64,000 nt of DNA from Octopus vulgaris (taxonomy: Eukaryota), in NCBI GenBank assembly GCA_951406725.2, contig OX597815.1:196788001-196852000 (forward strand), read 5' to 3'. The position numbers and the translations under genes were made by a program. The notes under the pieces were generated by a model, which worked only from the letters and a program-made list of their open reading frames with translations, searched no databases and was not told where the DNA came from. Numbering within the stretch: position 1 is the stretch's first letter; the number at the start of each line of letters is the position of its first letter. Of the stretch, positions 1 to 13,185 are shown piece by piece.

Positions 1-769
1 CTTCATCTCTTCATCGTCTGGGGACGTCCACACAACATCTACACACAACCCTCCAAAGGAATTCAACGTCTTAGTATTTCAAGCAAATCAGTTTGCAATC
101 GTCAATAATTTCGGTTTTAGAGGGCATGCAAAACCACTGACACAGATATTACCCTGAGATCAAGGAAACAAAATAAAAATTTATGTTTCCTGGAACAAGT
201 ATGATCCGCCAGCCGGCTTAGAAAATGAAAATATTGAAACACAATGGAGCTTTGGCATAACAAAATACCAGGAGGGAGTGTCATAATAGTCCGCAAGCCA
301 TTCTTATTAACAAATTTATCATCAGAGTATGCATATATAAAGCAATGCCTAATTACTATATCGTTGTCCACAGGCGAATTCTAAAGCAAATTAATTACTT
401 AGGCTGACTAATCTATCAGAATATAGAATAACATCATTATATCAATTAAATATATATCTCTTCCAGTTTCTAATTCAAACAACTTGTATAATATACGCCC
501 ATTTCTCTCAGCACATTGACACAAATTATGGAATAAATATAGACACTATCTAGAAAATATCAAAGCCAGGTTCTGCGAAGAATGTTAGGGCATACTCGCA
601 AAGCTGCTTTTAGCCATAAGCCATAATATAAAACGAGCACATATCTATATCATTCGTTCATATAATTTCCACATTGTTTATCGATTCGTTGGTTGAATTT
701 ATGTTACTCTATTATCCTTAAATCAAGTTATCCTTCTTACATTCTTTCCGGCTGCTATGGAATAATCTC

Positions 770-860
<91 letters not shown>

Positions 861-1492
861 CGAGCGCGTGCCCTATTTATGTATGTGTGTATATGTTTGT
901 GTGCGTATAAGGTTGATCGGATTGATTGTCCTTTTTTTTCGCTTCCCATGCAAGATAACATGTCCCGAGACGTAATATATCTTATTCGTGCTGGGTTTGC
1001 AAACTCTACTGGTGTTATTAGGAGAAATATGTTTCTGAACTAGGAAAGCGCCTCAGAGTATATCTTACTAGGAATTGAAATTATTTCGTGTTCGTCTAAC
1101 ACATAGAGAGCATATCGCTTCCCCACTAATGCGTGGTGAATTCACTCAGTTGCTAGCAATCAGGAGGGTGACTCGGGTTGGAGGATAACTTCATTTTACA
1201 CTCCTTCCAGCAATAATGAAAGATCATACAACTGCCTTTCCTATAATAGGTGCCTTTGTATATGTATGTGTGTGTGAGTCTGTGTGTGTGTGTGTGTGTG
1301 TGTTTCTGTCACGTGCTAATGAGTCAATTGACATTTTTGGAAGAAATTCTTAATTTATGGTGAAGAGGAAGAAGCAACTGTAACACTTGTTATGTCCTCA
1401 GAACGAAAACCTGATCTGTACTAACGGCGTCGATTGTTTTTACGGTGCTATATACCAAGCCTTGGATTAATTTTGCCAGCTTATGCAATTTT

Positions 1493-1682
1493 GACGCCAT
1501 GATAGATCGTTAGCTCCAACACGCATTTTTTCTCTCCTTGTTTTTTTCTTCGTATCTTTCTGTCGAAGAGCGTAGGCTCGAAACGTAAAAGATTTTTCTA
1601 TTCCTGAGCGCTATACTAATACATTTGTTTGTTTGTACTCCACCTGCCTTCGTCTTTTGTTTATTTTCGTAAACTTTCCCTT
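1493..1682 (+). mobile_element. Family G short repeat with minimal hammerhead-like fold (Penelope-derived, non-autonomous)
   Basis: Five similar copies in the window. Contains ATCTTT-CTGTCGA-A-GAGC-GTAG-GCTC-GAAA-CG-TA-AAAGAT (1554-1593); 3' end abuts (TA)n. Confidence 0.75.
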
Positions 1683-2845
1683 TATATATATATATATATA
1701 AATTAAAATTAAGGGTATCTAAAAGATACCATCATGCTAGAGATAGCAGTCAAAACTCTAAAACCACATCAAAAATTCATACAGCACCAGGAGAGAAGAC
1801 TAAATATATATTATGGCTTATGGATAAATAATTATTACCTATGAGATCTTTATTCCCATGCTAGCCACTTGATATGTTCGGTATTTTAAATAACGATCTT
1901 ATCCTTATATATATATATATATACATCGATATTTCAAAATTTGGATCTCCGAACTTAATTTGAATGAACACTTACACAGGTTTTAGCACATTTCAATTTG
2001 TGAATTATATTCTTTGACATTTGGACATGATTCGAAAAGATGTTTTACCATTAGTTTATACTTTATATTTATTCTCAGTTATTGGCCATCTTTTTATCCG
2101 TTATCTAATATGTACTTCGACTTTAATACACTTTGGCGTGATTTGATGAGAGGTTCACTAACGTTTTACGCAGATCGTGTGATAGGCTGTGATTTTCTTG
2201 GTGACTTATTGAAATTTTGAACTGCTTTCTGGGATAATAAGCTACTGGTTAACACTGATAGAGAAAATCAATGATCAAATTTATTCCAGCCGTAACAAAT
2301 CCATCCTTTTTAGGGCAACTATGAAAACATTATCCAACTGAGAAAGATTTGATTTGGGGCAGATTTGGATATTTCTATCTCAGCTCAGATAAATTAGTTT
2401 CATATATTTGTTTGAAGAAGAAATACAGTATATTAATTTACAGATAAACTGAATTAATGTAGCCTCGGATTAGTTATAATTCTATTTATTAACGTTTTAT
2501 GTAGCAGGCAACTAGCTTGCTAACAAGCAATTCTCCAATAAAGCAAACTCAATATTTACGAACGTATGAACATATCTAAATATGAAAAAGTATGCAGCCA
2601 TGTACGTATATGAATCTCTGATCGTTTCTATGTATTCATATGCATTCATATATCTAAATATTAATATGTACATGGCCGTATGCATATTATGCGAGACACA
2701 TACATGGATATATAAGTGTATATGTATACGTACATACATACACACAGATGTATATATGTGTGCGTATGTATGTGTTTGCGTGTGTGTGTGTACGAATATT
2801 TATGATCGCTTCACTGTCCTTGTCTCTTTTTTCTTTCTGTCGTTC

Positions 2846-2881
<36 letters not shown>

Positions 2882-2932
2882 GTTTTCTCTCTTAATCTCT
2901 TTCGTTCGTCTACCTCTCTCTTTCATTCTTTA

Positions 2933-3160
2933 TACTCTTTTACTTGTTTCAGTCATTTGACTGCGGCCATGCTGGAGCGCCGCCTTTAATCGAGAAAACT
3001 CGACCCCGGGACTTATTCTTTTTCTAAGCCCAGTACTTATTCTATCGGTCTCTTTTGCCGAACCGCTAAGTAACGGGGACATAAACACACCAGCATCGGT
3101 TGGCAAGCAATGCTAGGGGGACAAACACACTCACACAAACACACACACGCATATATATAT

Positions 3161-3191
<31 letters not shown>

Positions 3192-3355
3192 CGACGGGCT
3201 TCTTTCAGTTTCCGTCTACCAAATCCACTCACAAGGCTTTGGTCGGCCCTAGGCTATAGTAGAAGACATTTGCCCAATGTGCCACGCAGTGGGACCGAAC
3301 CCGGAAGCATGTGGTTGGTAAGCAAGCTACTTACCACACAGCCACTCTTGCGCCT
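2933..3355 (-). mobile_element. tRNA-derived SINE family A, full length
   Basis: A box TGGCTGTGTGG and B box GGTTCGGTCCC on the minus strand, internal (TA)n(TG)n, AAACAAGTAAAAGAGTA tail; more than 15 similar copies in the window. Confidence 0.9.
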
Positions 3356-3388
3356 ATGTACGTATCCATTATATGTGCCCCTGTGTGT

Positions 3389-3453
<65 letters not shown>

Positions 3454-3832
3454 CCAGGACAAGTTTTTGTTTTGTATGGATGTGTTTCCCTGCGTGTTTG
3501 TGGTATGTGCATGTGTGTGTTTAAGTGTTGCATGGAAGTGTGTGTATATGAGTGCGTGTGTGAACGTGTACATGCTCAGATATATTTGTATTCGATTACC
3601 CGCTCTGCATAAGCTATCAATCTAGCTTTGGATACTATCCTCAATGATACGACTATTCTGTCGTCTCTATCGGAAAAAAGATTAAGATGAGGTCATTCCT
3701 AAAATGTTATTAATATATTCGCCGTATCAATGTGATATATCAATGAATAAATACATCAATAAATCAAAACACGCATAATAATGTATCTAATTAAAAATGC
3801 ATCGAAGTTGCTCTGCAGAGATACATCCGTTC

Positions 3833-3863
<31 letters not shown>

Positions 3864-3942
3864 TGTATGTATGTATGTATGTATGTATATATCTGTTCGT
3901 CTATCTATCTACCTATATATGTGCGTAGTATGTACGTACGTA

Positions 3943-4003
<61 letters not shown>

Positions 4004-4005
4004 AT

Positions 4006-4165
4006 AGGAATGGCTGTGTGGTAACTAGCTTGCTTACCAACCACATGGTTCCGGGTTCACTCCATCTGTGTGGTACCTTGGGAAACTGTCTTCTACTATA
4101 GCCTCGGGACGACCAAAGCCTTGTGAGTTGATTTGGTAGACGGAAACTGAAAGAAGCCCGTCGTA

Positions 4166-4234
<69 letters not shown>

Positions 4235-4455
4235 ATTCGTGCGTCTGCTTGTGTGTCTGTGTTTGTCCCCCCAACATCGCTTGACAACCGATGCTGGTGT
4301 GTTTATGACCCCCTAAATTAGCAATTCGGCAAAGACATCGATAGAATAAGTACTAGGCTTACAAAGAATAAGTCCTTGGGTCGATTTGCTCGACTAAAGG
4401 CGTTGCTCCAGCATGGCCGCAGTCAAATAACTGAAACAAGTAAAAGAGTAAAAGA
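4006..4455 (+). mobile_element. SINE family A
   Basis: Head TGGCTGTGTGGTAAC, internal microsatellite, tail GAAACAAGTAAAAGAGTAAAAG. Confidence 0.9.
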
Positions 4456-4511
4456 ATATATATATGCGTGTGTGCGTCTGTGTGTGTGTATACATACGTA
4501 CGTGCGTATAT

Positions 4512-4549
<38 letters not shown>

Positions 4550-4876
4550 CTGGTCTAGAAAGAGATAGATGATAAATAATATACTATGCAAATCATCCTG
4601 GTAGTGATAAGAGAAATGATAGAGCGGCATTGTAAAGATCAGTGACCTTCAATGAAGCAGCGAAAGAGAAGTCTGACTCACTGTGGACTGCAATCGAGGG
4701 GAATGGAACATATAATGAAATTTGGGATATGAATCCAAACGCAGAAATTGCGCGTTAGTTACAAATGAACATTCAAGCACTTTCATGCGAATACAAACAT
4801 ATATACAGCTTGCACACACAGACTTATCCAAACACATCCTTCTCTTTCTCTCTCTCCCCTCTCTCTTTCTCTCTCT

Positions 4877-4914
<38 letters not shown>

Positions 4915-4919
4915 GTATA

Positions 4920-4968
<49 letters not shown>

Positions 4969-4996
4969 GTATATATATATTTGTAAGTATATATAC

Positions 4997-5060
<64 letters not shown>

Positions 5061-5117
5061 TTGTGGTTGAGCATTGGCCCTGATTTTAGCAATCGGTATT
5101 ATATACTCCACTGAATC

Positions 5118-5167
<50 letters not shown>

Positions 5168-5323
5168 AATAGTTGAATGAATTATCCTATTTTTATCGTC
5201 AGCATGGAAAATTCGTTGAACCGAAACCAGGATAGCAAATTCACGTCAGAAACACGGTTGACGCGACCTGTCCAAGGGTAGAAACTTCGGGTTCATGTGC
5301 AGAAATTTGTGTGTTGTATGTGA

Positions 5324-5891
5324 ATAAATGAAAGAATGGAGTCGAACGATAAGGGCAGGAGATTTTCTAACATTTGCAACTCTGAACTCTTCCATATTTC
5401 TTCCCTAAGGTTCCCCTTGTAAACACACTCATAGAAAAATCATACAAATGTACACACTGGCAGAAACATACTTTCTACTCATATAAATGATAACGATAGT
5501 CACTGTGGTTTGAACAATTAGCTTAACGTGCACTCCACTTCAATAGCGAAATTCTTTCCTAAGCCTTCGAGCATTCTTTCAATCAACGTACCCTTCCCTC
5601 TCCACTTGTTCCCTACCTATTATTCCTTTAACCCTTCTCTTCCTACTATCTATCTTTGACGTCAATTCTTCTAACGGTTTTTTTAAAAACACTCATTATC
5701 GTTTTGTTTACCATGTAGGCAGTCATCGAAATTTTTGTTTATCTTGTTTTCGAGAGAGGCTCCCTTTCTTTCCTGATGAGAAGATTGCATCATACACCTT
5801 TTATTCCTTTAGAATGAAACCATGTTGTCTAAGAAACATATGTCGAGAGTAAAGGAATTTTGTTAACATCTTCGTTCGACTCCATTCTTTC

Positions 5892-5897
<6 letters not shown>
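5324..5897 (+). mobile_element. Penelope-like element 3' remnant with inverted ends and hammerhead motif
   Basis: Perfect 26-bp inverted repeat 5324-5349/5872-5897. Decayed peptide (T)LAETYF...GLN near 5455-5516 (needs a frameshift) resembles a GIY-YIG C-terminus. CTGATGA...GAAACATATGTC at 5773-5844. Confidence 0.6.
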
Positions 5898-5940
<43 letters not shown>

Positions 5941-6000
5941 CATATATATAGTTATACAAATATACTTACGTATATATATATATATATATCTTCTTTTATT

Positions 6001-6216
6001 CTTTTGCTTGTTTCAGACATTTGACTGTGGCTATGCTGGAGCAACGCCTTTTAGTCGAAGAAATCGACTCCTGGACTTATTCTTTGCAAGCCTAGTGCTT
6101 TTTCTATCCCTTTCTTCTGCCGAACCACTAGGTTACGGGAACGTAAATATACCAACATCTGTTGTGAAGCGGTGGTGGTGTGGGCAAACACAGACACAAA
6201 AGCACACAAATATATG

Positions 6217-6284
<68 letters not shown>

Positions 6285-6350
6285 TGCGTGTGTGTGTGTG
6301 TGTGTGTATATACATACAGTTTCCGTCTACCAAATCCACACGCAAGACCT
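6001..6350 (-). mobile_element. SINE family A, 5'-truncated and diverged
   Basis: Similarity to family A tail and body. Confidence 0.8.
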
Positions 6351-6597
6351 TTTCCCAAAATTTTACCTTGTAAACTGTTTTTAACATTTTATCATTATTA
6401 TCAAAGAATGTATATATGTATAGTATTATTTTGTGACAACCAGTACCTAACACAACAAAGCTTTTACAAGTTACTTTTGACAATTTTTTTCTAAAAAAGT
6501 GAAACCGGTCAAGTGAATAAACATCTTTTAAATTTGCATTTTCAAATCTTCTTTCATATATAATTCCACTCCTGCGGTACCTTACAACTTCACTTTG

Positions 6598-6632
<35 letters not shown>

Positions 6633-6635
<3 letters not shown>

Positions 6636-6821
6636 GGAAAGTTTACGAAAATAAACAAAAGACGAAGGCAGGTGGTGTACAAACAAACAAATGTATTAGT
6701 ATAGCGCTCAGGAATAGAAAATTCTTTTACGTTTCGAGCCTACGCTCTTCGACAGAAAGATATACAGAAACAAATGGAGAGAAAAAAATGCGGGTAGGAG
6801 CTAACGATCTATCATGGCGTC
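6633..6821 (-). mobile_element. Family G hammerhead-like repeat
   Basis: Reverse complement of 1493-1682; abuts (TA)n; fold at about 6723-6760. Confidence 0.75.
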
Positions 6822-7619
6822 CTAACTTCGGACATATATATACATACATGCACAGTATACAGGGCAGGAGAGAGAGACAAATAGACAGAGAATTAGGCCT
6901 TTCGTTATGCCTTGATTGTCGTACCTCTTAATGAATATCCTTATTTTGTCAATGCCTGTACCTAATCAATTAGACATGGTTACGTTTCTATAGTGGCTCC
7001 ATTCTTTTAGATGCATATAACAACCAGAATCAATGTGGTCATCAAATAATCAGCTTCTCGATATTTACTGAGATACATTATTAAGAAAATGCACCCTCAA
7101 TAACTTATAAAGCAAGAGAAAGAGGAATTACAAAAATCGCACATTTTTGTTTATTATAAGATAAAATATGGGCATCATTGTTCAAACTTGAAAATATTCA
7201 CAAATACGATGTTATTGAAAATAAAGTGGTATTTTGGTTTCAAAGTTGGAAAAGTATTTTAAAATCTTAAAATAATTTTTAAAATTCGTTATTAAATGAA
7301 CACAAAAGATATTCTACATGTCTCATATTAGAACGTACAAGATTCGTTTAAAATTTAATTCCCTCATATCAGCTTTGGAGCATTATCATAAGTACTCTTA
7401 CAGGTTTCCTGACGTCAACACACATATTTACTTAGATTTTTCTCTATAGTTTTATTTCTAGAGAAGTTTGTTGTTACATTATATCAACCAATATAGGCGG
7501 AAGATTGTGATAGCGTTTGTAAATGTCAATTAAAGTAAATCTCCTTCGAGCGGAAATTTAAATGAGCATTAGATGCACAATCCACATGAACATATCTACA
7601 TTCATTCATTCCTATACCT

Positions 7620-7737
7620 ATTTCTTTACAACCCACAAGGGGCTGAACACAGAGGGGACAAACAAGAACATACAAACGGATTAAGTCGATTATATCGACG
7701 CCAGTGCGTAACTGGTACTTAATTTATCGACCTCGGG
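7620..7737 (-). mobile_element. SINE family B, 3' fragment
   Basis: TTTCTTTAC..CCCACAAGGGGCT.AACACAGAGGGGACAAAC tail shared with other B copies. Confidence 0.8.
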
Positions 7738-7974
7738 GAAGACGAAGGTTACAACCTGATATCCTGTAATAATCATTAAACATAGAAATGCCGACTTTCA
7801 CGTCGGTGATATGATTTTTATTGTAGCGCTTCGAATCGTTGCTTTCAAAGATATTATTTGGCAAATCGGTTGATTTGATAATATGGATTGTAATTACTAT
7901 TTAATATTTTCTCTTGTTAGATACGCGCATTTTAGCTCAGGTCCAGCCATGCCTGTCTTATATTCTGTAATACC

Positions 7975-8184
7975 TATTTTTTTACTACCCATAAGGGGCT
8001 AAACACAGAGGGGACAAACAAGGACAGATAAACGGATTTGCGTAACTGGTACTTGTCTAATCGACCCCGAAAGGATGAAAGGCAAAGTCGACCTCGGTGG
8101 AATTTGAACTCAGAACGTAACGGCAGACGATATACGGCTAAGCATTTCGCCCTGCATGCTAACGTTTCTGCCAGTTAGCCGCCT
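7975..8184 (-). mobile_element. SINE family B with 25-bp TSD
   Basis: Head GGCGGC..ACTGGCAGAAACGTTAGC, B-box-like GAGTTCAAATTCC. Flanks TGCCTGTCTYATATTCTGTAATACC at 7950-7974 and 8185-8209. Confidence 0.9.
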
Positions 8185-8423
8185 TGCCTGTCTCATATTC
8201 TGTAATACCATCAGAATTAGGTTCAGTTTATATATATTTACTTCCTATGTAATTCCAAGTTAAATGATGAAAGGCAAAGTCGACCTCGGTCAATCTGCTA
8301 CATCAGCGCATTATGAGGTAACAGTTCCGTTGCTACAGACCTGTGATTAGGGTGTCACTGGAAAGAATCGCAAAACATACATCAAGACGAGCCAACCGGT
8401 AACAGACTGAGAGGTAGACCCAG

Positions 8424-8643
8424 GCAGAAACGTTAGCGGGCGGCAAGCTGGCAGAAACGTTAGCGCGCCGGGCGAGATGCTTAGCGGTATTTCGTCTGTT
8501 GCTACGTTCTGAGTTCAAATTCCGCCGAGGTCGACTTTGCCTTTCATTCGTACGGGATCGATAAATAAAGTATAATCGTCTTAATCCGTTTGTCTGTCCT
8601 TGTTTGTTCCCTCTGTTTGGCCCCTTGTGGGTAGTAAAGAAAT
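8424..8643 (+). mobile_element. SINE family B with 12-bp TSD
   Basis: TSD AGGTAGACCCAG at 8412-8423 and 8644-8655; short duplicated GCAGAAACGTTAGCG at the 5' end. Confidence 0.9.
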
Positions 8644-9058
8644 AGGTAGACCCAGAACAAAATGGTTAAACAGTATCCACAGTCTGACTTGAGAATCCAA
8701 CAGAAAAGTCTAATGAAAAGACCCTAGGGAGGAGATGCCTGAGGACACATTCCACACGACCCTTGCATATATAATCAGAGCAGAAGATGAAGAATGGAAA
8801 GGTTGGTCATTCCCCTAAAATTCTGTATAAATACTTAAATATGATTCTTTCTCTATATATGCTTCAATACAACCATGTTTTTTTATGAACTTAATTATAA
8901 ATATATGTTACAACCTATTTTGAACACTTTAATGTAAATTGTTTAAACAAAAAGCCCCTCTTAACATTTTCTTCTCCTTGTCAAAGATTCTATTTATTAA
9001 CATTTTCTGATCATTATCAAAGACTGTATAACTGTACTTTAATACAATTATGATAACC

Positions 9059-9133
<75 letters not shown>

Positions 9134-9134
9134 T

Positions 9135-9199
<65 letters not shown>

Positions 9200-9250
9200 C
9201 AGATGGGATGGGATGGATGGATAGATGGATGGATGGATGAATGGATGGAT
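9059..9250. repeat. (GATA)n/(GGAT)n microsatellite
   Basis: Direct reading. Confidence 0.95.
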
Positions 9251-10213
9251 ACGCAAACTACTTAGAAATATTGATAAGAAATAATGCATGGTGATGGGAA
9301 ATAACTAGCTACATTGATGTGATGTCATAGGAAGGTAAAAATCCGAAAGAAAATGCAAATTTAGATTTATAGAAATATAAACATATTTGCCGTTAAATTG
9401 ACTGCGAAATATATGAATAGATCAATGTTATGTAATTTTGAATTACTTCGCAATGACTGTAGCTTAAGTTTAAAGATGGCTCGCGAAAAACTTTAATCTG
9501 TTTAAGCTAAATGTTTATTTCGAAGAGAAATGTAAAGGAGATTAAAAACACTCACAAAAACAAGAAATGCAGCAATATTTGAGACACTAATATTGATTTC
9601 TCAATCAATCTCTATTTGCAAATATTTTACTTACTTTGGAGTTTTACAAAATACCGTTAAATCGAGTTATGTTCTCCATTTTCAATAAAATATCTTTCTT
9701 GGATATTCAAATCGATAACAGTAACAATCCTTTTCGATACCAGTTTCATTTGCTAAATGATTTCTGTCATCTTAATTCAGACACACATACACCGCCTCAC
9801 CCCATATGCAAGACAGAAGATGAACGATGGAAAGCCTGATCATTGCCCTAAAATCCTGTATAAATACTTAAATATGATCCCTTCTGTATATATATGCTTC
9901 TATACAACCATGATTTTTGATGAACTTAATTATAAATTTATTTTAATCCCTATTTTGAACACTGTTTAAACAAAAAGCCCCTCTTAACATTTTCTTATCA
10001 TTATCAAAGACTATATAACTGTATTTTAATACAATTATGATAACCATTCTAACACAACAAAACTTATACAAAGCTTTACCTTTTACTTTTGATAATCCTT
10101 TTTTTAAAAAGTGAAACCGGTCAAGTCAATGAACATCTTTAAAGTCCTCTGCATTTTCAAACCCTGTTTCGTATATATTTCTCACTCATGCGGTGCCTTG
10201 CAATTTTACTTTG

Positions 10214-10326
<113 letters not shown>

Positions 10327-10342
10327 CATACATACATATATA

Positions 10343-10420
10343 TGCCCCTTGTGGGCAATAAAGAAATAAGAAACGTTAGCACGCCGGATGAAATACTTCG
10401 CGGTATTTCATCTGTCTTTA
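10343..10420 (+). mobile_element. SINE family B dimer-junction fragment
   Basis: B tail ...GTGGGCAATAAAGAAATAA joined to GAAACGTTAGCACGCCGG, the same junction as in 10757-11186. Confidence 0.7.
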
Positions 10421-10422
10421 AA

Positions 10423-10465
<43 letters not shown>

Positions 10466-10756
10466 GAAAGAGTATATATATATATATACATATAGAGAGA
10501 AAGAGAGAGAGAGAGAGAGTTTACGGTATGCTTTTTTATGCAATACAGTATTTCACCTGAAGTTGTTGCGATACGTAACTACATAAGCTGGATAAATGTA
10601 AACGAATGCCTATTTCATGACACCGTTCACATAAAATGGAAATTGGATTGACTAAAAAATTTGAACCTAGGTGAGATCTTTTCAGAAATCATGCACCCTC
10701 ATTTCTCTGTAAGCGGGGCATGTGTATCTTTTAGCAATTCATGAGAACTCAATATC

Positions 10757-11186
10757 CTTTTCTACTCTAGGCACAAGCCCCGAAATTTTGGGGGAGGAAG
10801 CCAGTCGAGTAAATTGACCCCAGAACGCAACTGGTACTTAATTTATCGACCCCGAAAGGATGAAAGGCAAAGTCGACCTCGGCGGAATTTGAACTCTGAA
10901 CGTAAAGACAGACGAAATAACGCTAAGCATTTCGCCCGGCGTGCTAACGTTTCTTATTTCTTTACTGCCCACAAGGGGCTAAACACAGAGGGGACAAACA
11001 AGGACAGACAATCGGATTAAGTCGATTATATCGACCCCAGTGCGTAACTGGTACTTATTTAATCGACTCCGAAAGGATGAAAGGCAAAGTCGACCCCGGT
11101 GGAATTTGAACTCAGAACGTAGCGATGGGCGAAATACCGCAAGGCATTTCGTTCGGTGTGCTAACGTTTCTGCCAGCTCGCCGCCT
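10757..11186 (-). mobile_element. SINE family B head-to-tail dimer
   Basis: Two B units with different 3' tails inside one TSD pair ATGAGAACTCAAYATC (10741-10756, 11188-11203). Confidence 0.85.
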
Positions 11187-11579
11187 TATGAGAACTCAAC
11201 ATCATGACTCCACTGTACCACGTAGTCCAATTTGCATAAACAGTTGTTCCTTTTTTCCGTAAACACGTATTTATTTATTAAAAGAAAATTGTTCGAAATA
11301 TGGAATATTCCGTAAGGAATATCATTATAAACAGTGCAATTGTTTCCAGTCTTGTTTGTTTCCATTAACGAAAGCAGAAACTTTTTTTATATTTGTCAAG
11401 TGCATTCGATTACACATGATACCGATAGCAAAAAGTGGTTCTCGTTTCTGTTACCCACATAATACGTCCATTACAAGTTCACTCTTTTTTTACCGCATCA
11501 GTTATTAGCACTTGATGAAAAATCACTATTCATGCAATCACAAACGAAAAAGCATTATTTATGCAATCACAGCGATTGA

Positions 11580-11790
11580 TTCAGTGAAAAAACTGTATAG
11601 AATGGCTTCTACCAATATTTCTCTTCATCACTAGGAAAAGCATACAAGCATTCATGTCCAAGTGTCTGTATATTGTCCAATGCGCGGTGCAACACTCTGA
11701 ACAGTGTCTGTTGATATATATTTAACTTGACAATCCCTGAGCATCCAGAAATGCCGTTATTTATGGCTTCATCGTCCTGATTATATAGAT
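11580..11790 (-). pseudogene. Possible highly decayed L1-like ORF2 C-terminal remnant
   Basis: Minus frame reads ...IYQQTLFRVLHRALDNIQTLGHECLY... with stops, resembling the segment preceding the L1 zinc knuckle. Confidence 0.3.
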
Positions 11791-11793
11791 TGT

Positions 11794-12211
11794 GGGCGGC
11801 GAGCTGGCAGAATCGTTAGCACACCGGGCCAAATGCTTAGCAGCATTTCGTCTGTCGCTACGTTCTGAGTTCAAATTCCGCCGAGGTTGACTTTGCCTTT
11901 CATCCTTTCGGGGTCGATAAATTAAGTACTAGTTACGCACTGGGGGTCGATGTAATCGACTTTATCCCTTTGTCTTTCTTTGTTTGTGCCCTCTATGTTT
12001 AGCCCCTTGTGGGTAATAAAGAAACAGGTATTTCGTCTGCCGCTATGTTCTGAGTTCAAATTCCGCCGAGGTCGACTTTGCCTTTCATCCTTTCTGGGTC
12101 GATTAAATAAGTACCAGTTATGCACTGGGTTCGATATAATCGACTTAATATGTTTGTCTGTCCTTGTTTGTCCTCTCTGTGTTTAGCCCCTTGTGGGTAG
12201 TAAAAGAAATA
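11794..12211 (+). mobile_element. SINE family B head-to-tail dimer
   Basis: Full unit followed by a second unit starting at GGTATTTCGTCTG (about 12027); imperfect TSD TRTATAGAYTGT (11782-11793, 12212-12223). Confidence 0.85.
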
Positions 12212-12415
12212 TGTATAGACTGTAGTTGATGGTAACTATTTCTTCTTTCTTATTTTTTAAAGCATTCGTTTCTAAGCATTTTCCGTCAGTTGCTCACAAC
12301 ATATCATTTATTTCTGTATTTAACCAAGAATTTTGACAGTCTCGTTTTTATTGTTGTTGTCTTATAATTTCGTATAAATGCTCTGGCGATTCTGTCGAGT
12401 ATTAGTCAAGGAAGA

Positions 12416-12811
12416 GTGGAGGCGCAATGGCCCAGTTGTTAGGGCAGCGGACTCGCGGTCATAGGATCGCGGTTTCGATTCCCAGACCGGGCGTTGTGAG
12501 TGTTTATTGAGCGAAAACACCTAAAGCTCCACGAGGCTCCGGCAGGGGATGGTGGTGATCCCTGCTGTACTCTTTCACAACAACTTTCTCTCACTCTTAC
12601 TTCCTGTTTCTGTTGTACCTGTATTTCAAAGGGCCGGCCTTGTCACTCTCTGTGTCACGCTGAATATTCCCGAGAACTACGTTAAGGGTACACGTGTCTG
12701 TGGAGTGCTCAGCCACTTACACGTTAATTTCACGAGCAGGCTGTTCCGTTGAATTCGGATCAACCGGAACCCTCATCGTCGTAACCGACGGAGTGCTTCC
12801 AAAATAAAAAA
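12416..12811 (+). mobile_element. tRNA(Arg)-like SINE family C with 10-bp TSD
   Basis: Head GTGGAGGCGCAATGGCCCAGTTGTTAGGGCAGCGGACTCGCGG, B box GGTTTCGATTCCC, A tail; TSD AGTCAAGGAA (12404-12413, 12812-12821). Confidence 0.9.
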
Positions 12812-13185
12812 AGTCAAGGAATGTTTTATTGTCGTTATAGTTTGGAAATCATATCGTGGACTTTCTTCTTGGTTTTTCTCTCATCTTTTTTTTTTAATAT
12901 TCACTGCAGTTATGTTCTTATTTCAATCCTTTTTTCATTATTGTCGTAAGCATTTGTTATTTCCTCATATACTTAAACACTGTTTTGTTTATTTCGTGTT
13001 CATTTGTCACACAATTCAGTCTAACTTTTGCTGAAACCGAAGTGTTTTCTCCTCCCGCTGTTATATTGTAGTACTTCTCTATTTCTCTCAGATTCCATTT
13101 TCCTATGCGTTGGATCAGTATCTTCTGATTAATAACCTTTGGGATTTCGACTTTGAAATAATTATAATACTTTTCAAATCATTCA

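Noticed and set aside
1-371. Unique sequence at the window start, with an 84-aa minus ORF and an ATG at positions 6-4 on the minus strand
   Set aside because: No recognisable domain; could be a UTR or exon of a gene outside the window but cannot be supported.
12416-12495. tRNA-like cloverleaf heads as genuine tRNA genes
   Set aside because: They continue into SINE bodies with tails and TSDs, and acceptor stems are imperfect.
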